The notes under the pieces: model-generated
What the model saw: the letters and a program-made list of their open reading frames with translations, nothing else
Databases searched by the model: none
Told to the model about the DNA's origin: nothing
Assembly: GCA_036382875.1 (NCBI GenBank)
Contig: DASVPJ010000041.1
Coordinates: 2,505-66,504, forward strand
DNA length: 64,000 bases
Direction of reading: 5' to 3'
DNA from: Mycobacteriales bacterium
GTDB taxonomy: Bacteria > Actinomycetota > Actinomycetes > BP-191
In this document: positions 35,072-44,436 of the stretch, one piece after another
Layout: each line of letters opens with the position of its first letter
Position numbering within the stretch: the stretch's first letter is position 1
Translations under genes and position numbers: made by a program

Positions 35072-36280
35072 CTACGTCCGGCGGGACGCCGTGCTGCCGG
35101 CGTAGCGGTTGCGGACGCCGCTGTAGACGACCTTGACGGTCTTGCCGCGCACGGTCCGCAGGGTGCTCTTGCCGCGCGAGTCGGTGCGGTACGACGCCAC
35201 CGACTTGCCGTCGACGTACCACGTCACGACCTGCCCGCCGAGCGGCTTGCGGAGGTCGTCGACGAGCGTCGCGGTGACGTACGCCGTGGTGCCGGACACG
35301 GTCTGCGCGAGCGACGCCGACGTCGGCTGGATCCGCACGGTGAGCGGCGCGGTCGCGGTCGCGGCCTGGAGCGAGTCGTCGCCCGCCCACGACGCGGTGA
35401 CCGGGTACGACCCGGCCAGGCTGCTGATCGCGAACGACGCCGAGAACGTGCCGTCCGCGCCGGACGTGACCTGCGCGGTCTTGCCGGCGACCGAGACGGT
35501 GACGTTCTTGCCGGCGACGGCGGTGCCGGCGGTGTTGGTCAGCGTGCCGCCGATGACCGCGGTGTGGCCGGTGACGACGTACGCCGGAACGGTCAGCGCG
35601 AGCTTGCCCGCCGGCGGCGCGAAGCAGGTGTTGTCGCCGAGGGTGTACGCCTGCGCGGCCGCGTCCTTCGCGGCGGCGGTGTCGGCGCTCATCATCGTGA
35701 CCACGAAGTCGGCCTGCGACGCGGCGGTCACCGAGCTCATGACGATGCCGTCGGTGAGCGGCTCCTTCGCCGCGGCCGCGAGCGGCGCGCGGTCGGCCGT
35801 GATGACGACGGTGTGCGTCTTGGCGTCGAACACCGCCTCGACCTTGGCGTCGGCGATCGCGCCGCCGTCGAAGTTCGCGCCGGTGAGCGGCGGCGCGACC
35901 ATCGGCCCGGCCACGTCGTGCACGGCGGCGGCCTCGCTCTCGCCGGCGAAGATGTCGACGACCTTGCCGCTGGGCAGCTTGTACGACACCACGAACTGGT
36001 GGCCCGCCCCCAGCGACGGCGAGCTGAGCTCGGCCACCTTGATGTAGGCCCGCAGCTTCTCCGGCGGGGAGGCGAGCACGACGCTGAGGATGTCGAGGTC
36101 GGAGTCGTTCGGCGCCCCGGAGACGCTGGCGTCCTCCGCGTCGTCGGTGAACGTCACGCAGCCCTCGCGCGGCGTGGGCGGCGCGGCGGGCGCCTCGTCG
36201 GCGGCGTGGCCGGCGGGCGGCGCGACGGTCGCCGCGACCGCGGCGACGACGATCAGGCCGGTCTTCGTGATGGCGATGCG
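35072..36280 (-). CDS. Secreted protein with bacterial Ig-like repeats (start GTG 36280 or 36343)
   Basis: Signal peptide VRIAITKTGLIVVAAVAATVAPPAGHA; Thr/Ala/Val-rich beta repeats (TVSVAGKTAQVTSGADGTFSA..., VTATLVDDLRKPLGGQVVTWYVDGK). Confidence 0.65.
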   Translation of the reverse strand, partial: RIAITKTGLIVVAAVAATVAPPAGHAADEAPAAPPTPREGCVTFTDDAEDASVSGAPNDSDLDILSVVLASPPEKLRAYIKVAELSSPSLGAGHQFVVSYKLPSGKVVDIFAGESEAAAVHDVAGPMVAPPLTGANFDGGAIADAKVEAVFDAKTHTVVITADRAPLAAAAKEPLTDGIVMSSVTAASQADFVVTMMSADTAAAKDAAAQAYTLGDNTCFAPPAGKLALTVPAYVVTGHTAVIGGTLTNTAGTAVAGKNVTVSVAGKTAQVTSGADGTFSASFAISSLAGSYPVTASWAGDDSLQAATATAPLTVRIQPTSASLAQTVSGTTAYVTATLVDDLRKPLGGQVVTWYVDGKSVASYRTDSRGKSTLRTVRGKTVKVVYSGVRNRYAGSTASRRT

Positions 36281-36418
36281 CACGGGGGTACGTCCGTTCT
36301 CTTCTCGGCCGCGGGTCTGGGCGTCCCGCGGCAACAGCGCCACGAACCTAGGGGCCTTGCGTGAGGGGCGGTACAGCCAGGTGGCTACGTCCGGGATGGC
36401 CAGGTGGCCATTTACGGC

Positions 36419-37474
36419 TCAGCAGCCGGGGACCGCCGACGACACGCGGCAAGGGGTGCCGGCGCCGCCGTAGTTGTGACCGGTGTTGTCGACGCCCACC
36501 CACCCGTACGGGGTGTGCACGCCGATGTGCTCCTCGTTCGTCTGACCGTTCTGCATCAGGTTGCCGGGCTTGCCGACGCGGGCCACGACCGGGGTACGGC
36601 GGGGCGCGACGTCGACGAGGGGCGCGGCCGGCTCGGTGCCGCCGGTGCGCGCCGGGGCGGACGCCACGCGGGTGCCGGCGGCGGCCGCCGCGCCCGACCG
36701 GGCGGCGGGGAGGGGCGCGGAGCGGCCGGCGTCCTGGACGTACACGGTGCCCCGCGGCGCGGCCATCGCCCGCGGCGCGGAGCCGTGCGGCGCGACGGTG
36801 TACGTCACCGCGCCCGCCACGGCGACGGCGAGCGCGGCCGCGCCGGCGAACGAGAAGCCGCCGCCCTGCGCGAGCTTGGCCGCCCTGACCGCGGCGGTGC
36901 GGCGGCGGAGCCGGACCAGCGCGCCGAGCCCGAACGCGCCGCTCGGCACGCTGGCGAGGGCCCGGCGGAACTGGTTGCGCGCGCGGAACAGCTTCTGCCG
37001 CACGGCGTTGTCGTTGGTCCCCAGGAAGCGGGCGATCTCGCCGACGCTCATCTCGTCGAACGCCTGGAGCGCGAGCACCTGGCGGGACGCGGGGGCGAGG
37101 CCGTCGAGCACCTTGTGCACGGCCTGGCTGCGGTCGGCGGCGAGCACCGGCTCGTCGGCGGGCGGCGCCACCTCGCGCTCGTAGGTCTCCTCGGTGAGCG
37201 GCTGCTCCGGCGCCTGCGCGCGGGCGAAGTCGCGGGCGACGTTGACGGCGATCGCCGCGATGTACGGCCACGGGTCGCGGGACGGGTCGATCCGGTGCGC
37301 GTGCAGCAGGACCCGGACCATCGTCTCCTGCGCGACGTCCTCGCTGTCGAACGCCGGGAACCGGCGCGCCGCGAGGCCCTTCACCCGGCCGTAGTAGCGG
37401 CGGTAGAGCACCTGGAACCGCTCGTCGTGGTCGTCCGCGCGTTCGGCGGCGACGTCGATCGGCTGGGCGCTCAC
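36419..37474 (-). CDS. ECF sigma factor with C-terminal membrane-anchored extracytoplasmic extension (sigma/anti-sigma-like fusion)
   Basis: GTG 37474 after GGAG SD; sigma region 2 (FQVLYRRYYGRVKGLAARRFPAFDSEDVAQETMVRVL) and region 4 (LALQAFDEMSVGEIARFLGTNDNAVRQKLFRARNQF) followed in the same frame by a TM helix (FSFAGAAALAVAVAGAVTY) and a 150-aa C-terminal domain. Confidence 0.7.
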   Translation of the reverse strand: MSAQPIDVAAERADDHDERFQVLYRRYYGRVKGLAARRFPAFDSEDVAQETMVRVLLHAHRIDPSRDPWPYIAAIAVNVARDFARAQAPEQPLTEETYEREVAPPADEPVLAADRSQAVHKVLDGLAPASRQVLALQAFDEMSVGEIARFLGTNDNAVRQKLFRARNQFRRALASVPSGAFGLGALVRLRRRTAAVRAAKLAQGGGFSFAGAAALAVAVAGAVTYTVAPHGSAPRAMAAPRGTVYVQDAGRSAPLPAARSGAAAAAGTRVASAPARTGGTEPAAPLVDVAPRRTPVVARVGKPGNLMQNGQTNEEHIGVHTPYGWVGVDNTGHNYGGAGTPCRVSSAVPGC

Positions 37475-37616
37475 GGGGTCACTCCGGGGATGTCCTGTCG
37501 GGCGAGGGCACCTTCTCAAACGTTTCCTGGGTGTGTCCGTAACGTTCGACGGGGAGAGCCCGTACACCTTCCAGAGGTTCGGTCTGCCCAGGACCGCCCA
37601 GGAGGGGGATACGGGG

Positions 37617-39683
37617 ATGTCCACGGCATCCGCCGTACGCGGCCCGCACTGGCCGCGGCTGACCCCTGCCGTCGCCCTGGCGGACATCGCCACGGCGATG
37701 AACTCCTCCCTCGGCCTGGACGAGATCCTGCGCACCGTCGTGCGCCTGACCTGCGACGTCCTGGCCGCCAACCGGGCCACGATCCTGCTGCTCGACGACC
37801 TGATGCGGCTGGTGCCGAAGATGTCGCACGGCGCCGTGGAGGACCCGGCCGCGCTGGCCCGGTTCCGCGAGATGCCGCCGATCGCGCTGGCCTCGATCCC
37901 GCACGCGATCGACCTCATCGGGAAGGCGGCGGCGCTGCCGATCAGCGACGTCGGCGCCTCCGACCTGATCCCGCGCGAGTGGATCGACCAGTTCGGGCTG
38001 CAGTCGCTGCTGATCGCGCCGATCGTGGCCGACGGCGAGACGCTCGGCGCGCTGGTGGCGGACTACGTGGACGAGCGCCACGAGTTCACGCCCGCGGAGA
38101 CCCGCACGATGGAGGGCATCGCGGCCTGCTGCGCCACCGCGATGCGCAACGCCCGCCTGTACGACGAGGCCGTGCGCCGCGCGCAGAACCTGGACGAGAG
38201 CCTCCGCGTCACCGCCGACCTGAACGCCGCCACGACGTCGCGCGGCGTCTGCGACGTCGCCCTGGACGGCCTGCTGCGGGTGCTCGAGGGCAGCCGGGCG
38301 AGCCTGCACGTCTACGCCGACGACGCGCTCGTCACGCTCGCGACGCGCGGCGGGTTCCACCCCGACCCGGGCCGGTACCCCCTCGCGGCGGACGAGCGGG
38401 CGGCGCTCGTCGCCTTGGCGGACGAGCGGGGCGGCATCGCCGACGCGGTACGCCACCTGGCGCCGTTCGCCGCGCTGCCGGACGACCTGCCCACGGTGCT
38501 GCTGCCGCTCACCGACGCGCCCACGCCGGGCTTCGTGCTCGTGACGTGCGCCGAGCTGCCCGACGACACCCGCTGGCGCCTCGCCCGCTCGGTCGCCGGC
38601 CAGGTGTGGCTCGCGCTGGACCGCGCGCGGCTCGCCGAGCAGACCCAGCGCCGGTTCGAGGACCTCCAGACGATCTACCACCTGGCCGACGAGCTGGCGC
38701 TCGCGCCGGACCTGGACACCGTGGTCGCGCGGATCGCCGGGCCGGTCCGGGTGGCGACCGGCTGCGAGGCCATCGACGTCTACCTCTGCGGCTCGCGCGG
38801 CAGCGAGCGGTTCGCCAGCCGGCCGCCCGGCAAGGCGCTCTCCGCGCTGATGCGCGCGTGGCGTACGCCGCCGTCGCACCCCGTCGAGCACGGCGGGCTG
38901 CTGGTCGTGCCGATGGTGCTCGACGGCGCGCTGGTCGGCCTGCTCCGCGTCCGCGAGGGCGCCGAGCACCCCGGCCCGGCCGAGGAGGACTTCCTCATGG
39001 CCATCGCGGCCGGCGTCGCGAGCGTCGTGTCGCGCGCCGAGCTGACCGCCAAGGTCGGGGAGGCGCAGCGCGAGCTCGCCGTCGTCCAGGAGCGCGAACG
39101 CATCGCCCGCGACCTGCACGACACGCTCGGCCAGACCCTGTTCGGCCTCGGGCTCCAGCTCGCGCAGTGCGAGCAGGCCGCCACCGACCAGGCGCTGCGC
39201 GCGTCGCTGCGCCAGGCGAAGGGCGCCACCGACGCGGCCGCGGTGCAGCTCCGGCAGGCGATCCACGCGCTGGCGTTCCTCAAGGGCGGCCGGCTCGACC
39301 TCGTCGGCTCGCTGCGCGCGCTCACCCGCGAGCTGCCGGAGGGCCTCAACGCCGTCTTCCAGACCTCCGGCCGCGCCGTCGCCGTCGAGCCGGCGCGCGC
39401 CGAGGCGCTCCTGCGCGTGGCGCGCGAGGCGCTGGTCAACGTCGAGAAGCACGCGCTGGCCAGCGCCGTGTACCTCGAGCTGCGCTACCGCAGGGGGACG
39501 GTCGAGCTGACGGTGACCGACAACGGCACCGGGCTCGGCCAGCGCGCGTCCGCGCTCGCGGCGTCCGGGCTGCACTTCGGCCTGCGCAGCATGAAGCGAC
39601 GGCTCGACGAGGTCGGCGGGGAGTTCTCGTTCGAGAACGTCGTCCCGCACGGCCTCCGGATCACCGCGAGGGTGCCCGTATGA
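37617..39683 (+). CDS. Sensor histidine kinase with three cytoplasmic GAF domains (HisKA_3/NarX-type)
   Basis: ATG after GGAGGGGGA SD; H-box ERERIARDLHDTLGQ; HATPase_c motifs (TVTDNGTGL, GLHFGLRSMKRR); no TM segments. Confidence 0.85.
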   Translation: MSTASAVRGPHWPRLTPAVALADIATAMNSSLGLDEILRTVVRLTCDVLAANRATILLLDDLMRLVPKMSHGAVEDPAALARFREMPPIALASIPHAIDLIGKAAALPISDVGASDLIPREWIDQFGLQSLLIAPIVADGETLGALVADYVDERHEFTPAETRTMEGIAACCATAMRNARLYDEAVRRAQNLDESLRVTADLNAATTSRGVCDVALDGLLRVLEGSRASLHVYADDALVTLATRGGFHPDPGRYPLAADERAALVALADERGGIADAVRHLAPFAALPDDLPTVLLPLTDAPTPGFVLVTCAELPDDTRWRLARSVAGQVWLALDRARLAEQTQRRFEDLQTIYHLADELALAPDLDTVVARIAGPVRVATGCEAIDVYLCGSRGSERFASRPPGKALSALMRAWRTPPSHPVEHGGLLVVPMVLDGALVGLLRVREGAEHPGPAEEDFLMAIAAGVASVVSRAELTAKVGEAQRELAVVQERERIARDLHDTLGQTLFGLGLQLAQCEQAATDQALRASLRQAKGATDAAAVQLRQAIHALAFLKGGRLDLVGSLRALTRELPEGLNAVFQTSGRAVAVEPARAEALLRVAREALVNVEKHALASAVYLELRYRRGTVELTVTDNGTGLGQRASALAASGLHFGLRSMKRRLDEVGGEFSFENVVPHGLRITARVPV

Positions 39684-40339
39684 CCGCGCTGTCCGTCTAC
39701 CTCGTCGACGACCACCCGGTCGTCTGCTCCGGCCTCGACGCGCTGCTGTCCGCCCAGGAGGACATCGAGGTGGTCGGCTACTCGCACAGCGCCGAGCTGG
39801 CGCTCTGCGACCTCCGGGAGCGCCCCGCCGACGTGGTCATCGTCGACCACCGCCTCGGCGGCTCGATGGACGGCGTCGACCTGTGCCGGCGGATCACCGA
39901 GCCGCCGTACCTCGCCCGCTGCCTGGCCATGAGCGCCAGCGCCGACGGCGAGAGCGTGCGGTCCTTCGTCTGCGCCGGCGCCAGCGGGTTCCTGCTCAAG
40001 CACGCCGACCCCGCCCGCATCGTGGACGCGGTCCGTACGGTGGGCCGCGGCGCGTCGTTCATCGACCAGCGGGTGGCCGAGCTGATCGCGCAGGAGCTGA
40101 ACCCGGCCACCCGCGGCCGGATGCTGCTCACCGCGCGCGAGCGGGAGATCCTCGAGTACGTCGCGCGCGGGCTGTCGAACCGCGAGATCGCCGTGCGGCT
40201 CTGCGTCTCCACGAGCTCGGTGAAGAGCTACGTCTCGAACCTGCTCCGCAAGCTGGGCGTGACGCACCGGACGGAGGCGGTCGCCGTGGCCGCGCGCGAA
40301 GGGCTGCTGGCTCTCGTGTCGGGCAGCGGTGTCCGATGA
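39680..40339 (+). CDS. NarL/FixJ-family response regulator (REC plus LuxR HTH)
   Basis: ATGA overlap with kinase stop; REC motifs (VYLVDDHPVV, VVIVDHRLGG); C-terminal LuxR HTH (LTAREREILEYVARGLSNREIAVRLCVSTSSVKSYVSNLLRKLGV). Confidence 0.85.
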   Translation: MTALSVYLVDDHPVVCSGLDALLSAQEDIEVVGYSHSAELALCDLRERPADVVIVDHRLGGSMDGVDLCRRITEPPYLARCLAMSASADGESVRSFVCAGASGFLLKHADPARIVDAVRTVGRGASFIDQRVAELIAQELNPATRGRMLLTAREREILEYVARGLSNREIAVRLCVSTSSVKSYVSNLLRKLGVTHRTEAVAVAAREGLLALVSGSGVR

Positions 40340-40421
40340 CGTCCGGAAATGGCCACCTGGCCAGTTTGGTGATGGCCACCTGGCCAACGGCATGTGGCCA
40401 GGTGGCGCTTACGTGCCACAT

Positions 40422-40448
40422 GGAACGCGCAATACCGTCCCCCGCGTC
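40422..40448 (+). promoter_or_regulatory. Possible ECF-type promoter (GGAAC ... CGTC) upstream of paralog D gene
   Basis: GGAAC at 40422-40426 and CGTC at 40445-40448 (18-nt spacer, slightly long) about 35 bp upstream of ATG 40481; an ECF sigma is encoded 3 kb upstream. Confidence 0.3.
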
Positions 40449-40480
40449 GGTTTTGCCCCCGTTCCATGAAAGAGGTTCGT

Positions 40481-40942
40481 ATGAAGAAGCTCGTTCGCTC
40501 GCTCTTCGCGGGTGCCGCGATCGCGATGCCCATCGTGATGGTCACCGCGTCCCCGGCCGCCGCGCTCGACGCGTTCGTCATCACCGGCTCGGGCACGATC
40601 AGCCCCGGCCTGACGGCCGTCCCGACGCCGCAGTCGGTCAGCTTCACCGGTACGGCGACGAGCGTCGGCACGACGGCGGTCCCGGGCTCGTACCCGTGCT
40701 CGTTCTCCGGCACGGACACGCTGGGCTCGGCGGCCGAGGGCGTCGGCACGGTGTCGGGCTCCTGTGGCCCGTTCGCGTTCACGAACTGCCAGTTCGTCCG
40801 GATCGTGGGCGTCGTGGTCGTGGTCTGCCCGCCGCAGGGCAACCCGCCGCGTACCGCCGTCGCGGTCTGCGCGTTCCAGCCGACCAACGTCAACCCGACC
40901 ACGCGGTACAACCTCGTGTGCGCGGGTGTCGTCGGCCCGTAG
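40481..40942 (+). CDS. Secreted protein, paralog family member D (153 aa)
   Basis: ATG after AAAGAGG SD; motifs ITGSGTISPGL, QSVSFTGTA, CSFSGTD, GSCGP, CAFQPTNVNPTTRYNLVC. Confidence 0.7.
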   Translation: MKKLVRSLFAGAAIAMPIVMVTASPAAALDAFVITGSGTISPGLTAVPTPQSVSFTGTATSVGTTAVPGSYPCSFSGTDTLGSAAEGVGTVSGSCGPFAFTNCQFVRIVGVVVVVCPPQGNPPRTAVAVCAFQPTNVNPTTRYNLVCAGVVGP

Positions 40943-41057
40943 CTCGGCCCGCGAACTCCGTTTCGCGTAGCGCGTCACTTCCGGTGGTGCCCGGCGTTTA
41001 CCCGTCGGGCACCACCGGATCATTTTTCCCAGCAGAACCGACGAAGGAGCTCCAGCC

Positions 41058-41645
41058 ATGAGGATCCGCACCGCACTCGTCGCCGCGGCGGCCGTCGCGA
41101 TCGCGGCGCAGAGCGGGGCCGTCGCCGCGACGCGCCCCAAGCCCAAGCCGCTGTGCAACCTCGTGACCGACAAGCCCGGCGACCTGACCACCGGCACGAA
41201 GTCGCTCGACATCGTCGGCGCCGACATCGTGAGCGACGGGAAGCGCCTGACGGTCGTCGTCCGCCTCGCCAAGCTCGCCGCGGTGGGCAGCGAGCCGACG
41301 TCGCCGACCGGTGGGTACTTCGAGTTCCAGTTCACCCACAACGGCGCGGGCCAGAAGCTGTTCGCCCAGATCACCGCGGCGGGCAGCAAGTTCGGCCCCG
41401 GCGCCGGCGCCAAGGGTGCGTTCGACCTCGCCAGGAACGAGGTCCGGATCACGGTCAACGCCAACGAGCTCTTCGGCTCGCCGGTGCTGCGCCAGGGCGA
41501 CCTGCTCACGAACTTCGTCGTCAGCACCGACATCGGCAACCCGGTGTACGACTCCGGCAGCACGCTGTACATGGCGGGCGACGTCGCGAACGGGTACAAG
41601 CCGTACCCGGTCGGCGCGGCCTCCTGCGTCAAGCTCGGCGCCTGA
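41058..41645 (+). CDS. Secreted hypothetical protein (195 aa)
   Basis: ATG after GAAGGAG SD; signal peptide MRIRTALVAAAAVAIAAQSGAVAA; GC3-rich. Confidence 0.6.
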   Translation: MRIRTALVAAAAVAIAAQSGAVAATRPKPKPLCNLVTDKPGDLTTGTKSLDIVGADIVSDGKRLTVVVRLAKLAAVGSEPTSPTGGYFEFQFTHNGAGQKLFAQITAAGSKFGPGAGAKGAFDLARNEVRITVNANELFGSPVLRQGDLLTNFVVSTDIGNPVYDSGSTLYMAGDVANGYKPYPVGAASCVKLGA

Positions 41646-41784
41646 CCCCACGCTCCGCGGCCCCGCCGGTCCCAGCCTCCGGCGGGCGCCGCGGCCTTCT
41701 GCGAGCGAGGCGTAACGGCAGGCGGGGTGGCGCCGTACACCTTGTGACGGACTCGTGCCGTCCGGTTGTCCAGGGAGGGCTTCA

Positions 41785-44436
41785 GTGAGGCGTTGGACTC
41801 GCGCGCGGGCGCTGCTGCTCGCGCTCGCGACCACCGCGGCCGCGGTCGTCGGAACGGCGCTGCCGCGTGCCGCCGACGCGGACGGGGGACTCGTCCAGCA
41901 GGCGGAGTGGCACCCGTTCCCCAAGGACACCGCGGGCCACGGCTACGTCGCCGTCGACTCCGCGAGCCGCATCGGGTACGCGTTCTCCGGCGCCCTCACG
42001 GGCCAATGGACCCGAGTCCAGGCGGTCAACCTCGACACCGGCAAGAACCTCGGGACGCCGCTGGCCATCCCGCCGGTCGGCATGACCGCGCCGAGCTGGG
42101 TCGACACGAAGCGGCACGTCCTCGTCTACGCCGAGTCGTACCCCTCGAACGCCTTCGTGCCCCCCACGACGCAGCACCTGTACGGCCTCGCGTTCCGCAA
42201 CGGGCAGGTCGAGCGGATCTTCACCGTGGACTCGCCGGTCGGCTCGCTCCGGATCGCGTCGCTGGTGCCCGACGAGGCCACCGGCGACCTGCTCGTCCTC
42301 GGCACGACCGACAAGATGTCGCAGAGCCTGACCGGCGGTCCGTCCGTCATCGACATCCAGCGGATCTCCATGGCGGACCTGGCGGCCGGTCGCGTCGTGA
42401 CCCGGTGGACCGAGGCGCTGCGCCTGCCCCAGGACTCCTGCCCCGCACTGGTCGGCACGGACCTGCCGACCGAGGCGCTGGTCGTCGGCGACACGGCGTT
42501 CCTGCCCTGCCGCGGCCCGGCCAACGACAAGAGCGGCACGGCGGCGCAGACGTTCCTCGGCGCCCAGGCGGGGGTCGTCGCGGTCCGCGGCGTCGGCCCT
42601 CAGCGCGCGGCCGAGCCCGCCATCACCGTCTACCGGACGAGCGGCGACTACTACAAGGCGGGCGCCGAGACCGCGGTCGACCGGCGGATGCGCCGGCTGC
42701 TGCTGGTGGAGACCGGCTACACCCCGGGCCTGCGGGTGTTCGACACCGACCACCGGCGCTACGTCGGGCGCATCAACGGGAACGCCGCGGTGCTCTTCGG
42801 TCAGGTCGTCGACCAGATGACGAGCCGCGTGTACTTCATCAGCAAGGACGGCCAGGTCGGCCTCGGCTACGCCGACGACGCCGCGCTCGTGCCGACGCAG
42901 GGCGAGCGCCTCAAGGTGCCGTACGCCGCGCTGTTCGCCACCGGCAACGCCCGCCGGCTCTCGTTCGACGAGAAGACGAAGCGGCTGCTCGTGCCCCTGC
43001 GCCGCCAGAACGACACCGGTGCGCTGGTCGAGTCGGTCCTCGTCATGAAGGACGTGGCCGACCCGTACGTCCCGCCGCCGGCGATCGACCCGGCCTACGG
43101 CGCCGTCGACCTGCCCGACGTGCCCGGCAAGACCGAGAGCGAGCACGCCGCGACCGCCCGCGCGGTCGGCGCCGACTACCAGCTCATCGGCGGCACGATG
43201 AACCTCGTCCAGAACGTCCTCGGCACCGACGGCCGCGGCCAGTTCCGGCCGGGCACCCGCCACCTGCGCCAGGCGTACGTCGAGTCGGCCAACCTCACCG
43301 ACGACGGCGCCATCGCCCGCGCGACGGCGGCGCAGCAGGACGACGCCACGCTCGCCGACCGCAACGAGGTCCAGGACACCGCCGGCCACGGCGGCGGCCC
43401 GTACGCGCCGCTGCTCGTGTGCACCGACTACGCCAAGGTCGCCGCCGTCCAGGAGGGCCCGGGCGCCACGGCTCGTTGCGACCTCGCGAAGGCGACGGTC
43501 GCCGCGAAGGCGGCGTACGACCACGCGGGCGGCGTCATGATCACGGGCGGCCAGACGACCGTCCCCGCGCCGGTGCAGATGGGCGACTCCACGGTCGAGG
43601 TGGTCGAGCAGCGGGCCGCCGGCCGCGGCGCGCTGACCACGAAGGTCACCGCGATCGCGCGCAACGTCACCATCGGCGGCGTCGTGTCGTTCGGCCGGGT
43701 CGAGCAGCGCACGACGCTCACCGCGCACGGCCGCAGCGGCACCGCGAAGCTGGACCGCGCCGTGGTGGTGACCGACGTCGAGATCAACGGCACGCCGTTC
43801 TGCGGCCTGACGTGCTCGCTGTCCGCCGTCACGGCCGCCGTGAACAAGGCGGCGAACGGCCGCTTCTGGGTCGACTTCCCGACGCCCACCATGACGGTGG
43901 ACAAGCGCGGCACGTACGCGGAGGTCACCCAGGACCCGTACCTGCACGCCGAGCGCAAGCTCGACTACGACAAGGCCGAGGACGACTTCGTCGTGCCGGC
44001 GATGTCGGTCGTGTACCTGCTCGACGGCATGAGCAAGAGCCGCCTGGTCACCGACTTCGCGGCCGTGTCGGGCACGAACTCCTACCGCGTCTACCCGGTC
44101 AACGACTTCGACTTCGGCGACGGCGAGGACCCGGTCGTCGACGACGACGGCGGCGGCGGCGAGCTGCCGCGCCCCGTGGCGACGATCCGTCCCGAGGCGC
44201 CGAAGCCGGACGGCTCCGCGCCCGCGCCGCAGCCGACCACCGTCGCCGGCGGTTCGACGGACGACGGGCCGATCGGCGCCCTGATCGAGCGCGTGCGGCT
44301 GTCGCTGCGCTCGCTCGGCGACGCGCTCCCGCTGCTCCTGATCTGGGCGCTCCTCGGCGTGCCCGCGTACCTGTCGGCACGCCGCCGGCTCCTCCTGGAA
44401 CTCCCGATGCTCACCCGTGATGAGGAACTGACATGA
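41785..44436 (+). CDS. Large secreted/membrane-anchored hypothetical protein (883 aa) heading the ABC-transporter operon
   Basis: GTG after CAGGGAGGG SD; signal peptide; C-terminal TM helix (LPLLLIWALLGVPAYL); stop overlaps next gene's ATG. Confidence 0.6.
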   Translation: MRRWTRARALLLALATTAAAVVGTALPRAADADGGLVQQAEWHPFPKDTAGHGYVAVDSASRIGYAFSGALTGQWTRVQAVNLDTGKNLGTPLAIPPVGMTAPSWVDTKRHVLVYAESYPSNAFVPPTTQHLYGLAFRNGQVERIFTVDSPVGSLRIASLVPDEATGDLLVLGTTDKMSQSLTGGPSVIDIQRISMADLAAGRVVTRWTEALRLPQDSCPALVGTDLPTEALVVGDTAFLPCRGPANDKSGTAAQTFLGAQAGVVAVRGVGPQRAAEPAITVYRTSGDYYKAGAETAVDRRMRRLLLVETGYTPGLRVFDTDHRRYVGRINGNAAVLFGQVVDQMTSRVYFISKDGQVGLGYADDAALVPTQGERLKVPYAALFATGNARRLSFDEKTKRLLVPLRRQNDTGALVESVLVMKDVADPYVPPPAIDPAYGAVDLPDVPGKTESEHAATARAVGADYQLIGGTMNLVQNVLGTDGRGQFRPGTRHLRQAYVESANLTDDGAIARATAAQQDDATLADRNEVQDTAGHGGGPYAPLLVCTDYAKVAAVQEGPGATARCDLAKATVAAKAAYDHAGGVMITGGQTTVPAPVQMGDSTVEVVEQRAAGRGALTTKVTAIARNVTIGGVVSFGRVEQRTTLTAHGRSGTAKLDRAVVVTDVEINGTPFCGLTCSLSAVTAAVNKAANGRFWVDFPTPTMTVDKRGTYAEVTQDPYLHAERKLDYDKAEDDFVVPAMSVVYLLDGMSKSRLVTDFAAVSGTNSYRVYPVNDFDFGDGEDPVVDDDGGGGELPRPVATIRPEAPKPDGSAPAPQPTTVAGGSTDDGPIGALIERVRLSLRSLGDALPLLLIWALLGVPAYLSARRRLLLELPMLTRDEELT

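Noticed and set aside
36404-40339. 1311-aa + strand ORF spanning ECF sigma antisense, kinase and regulator
   Set aside because: Only its last 219 aa (response regulator, 39680-40339) are real; the rest is Arg/Gly-rich junk overlapping well-supported genes on other frames.
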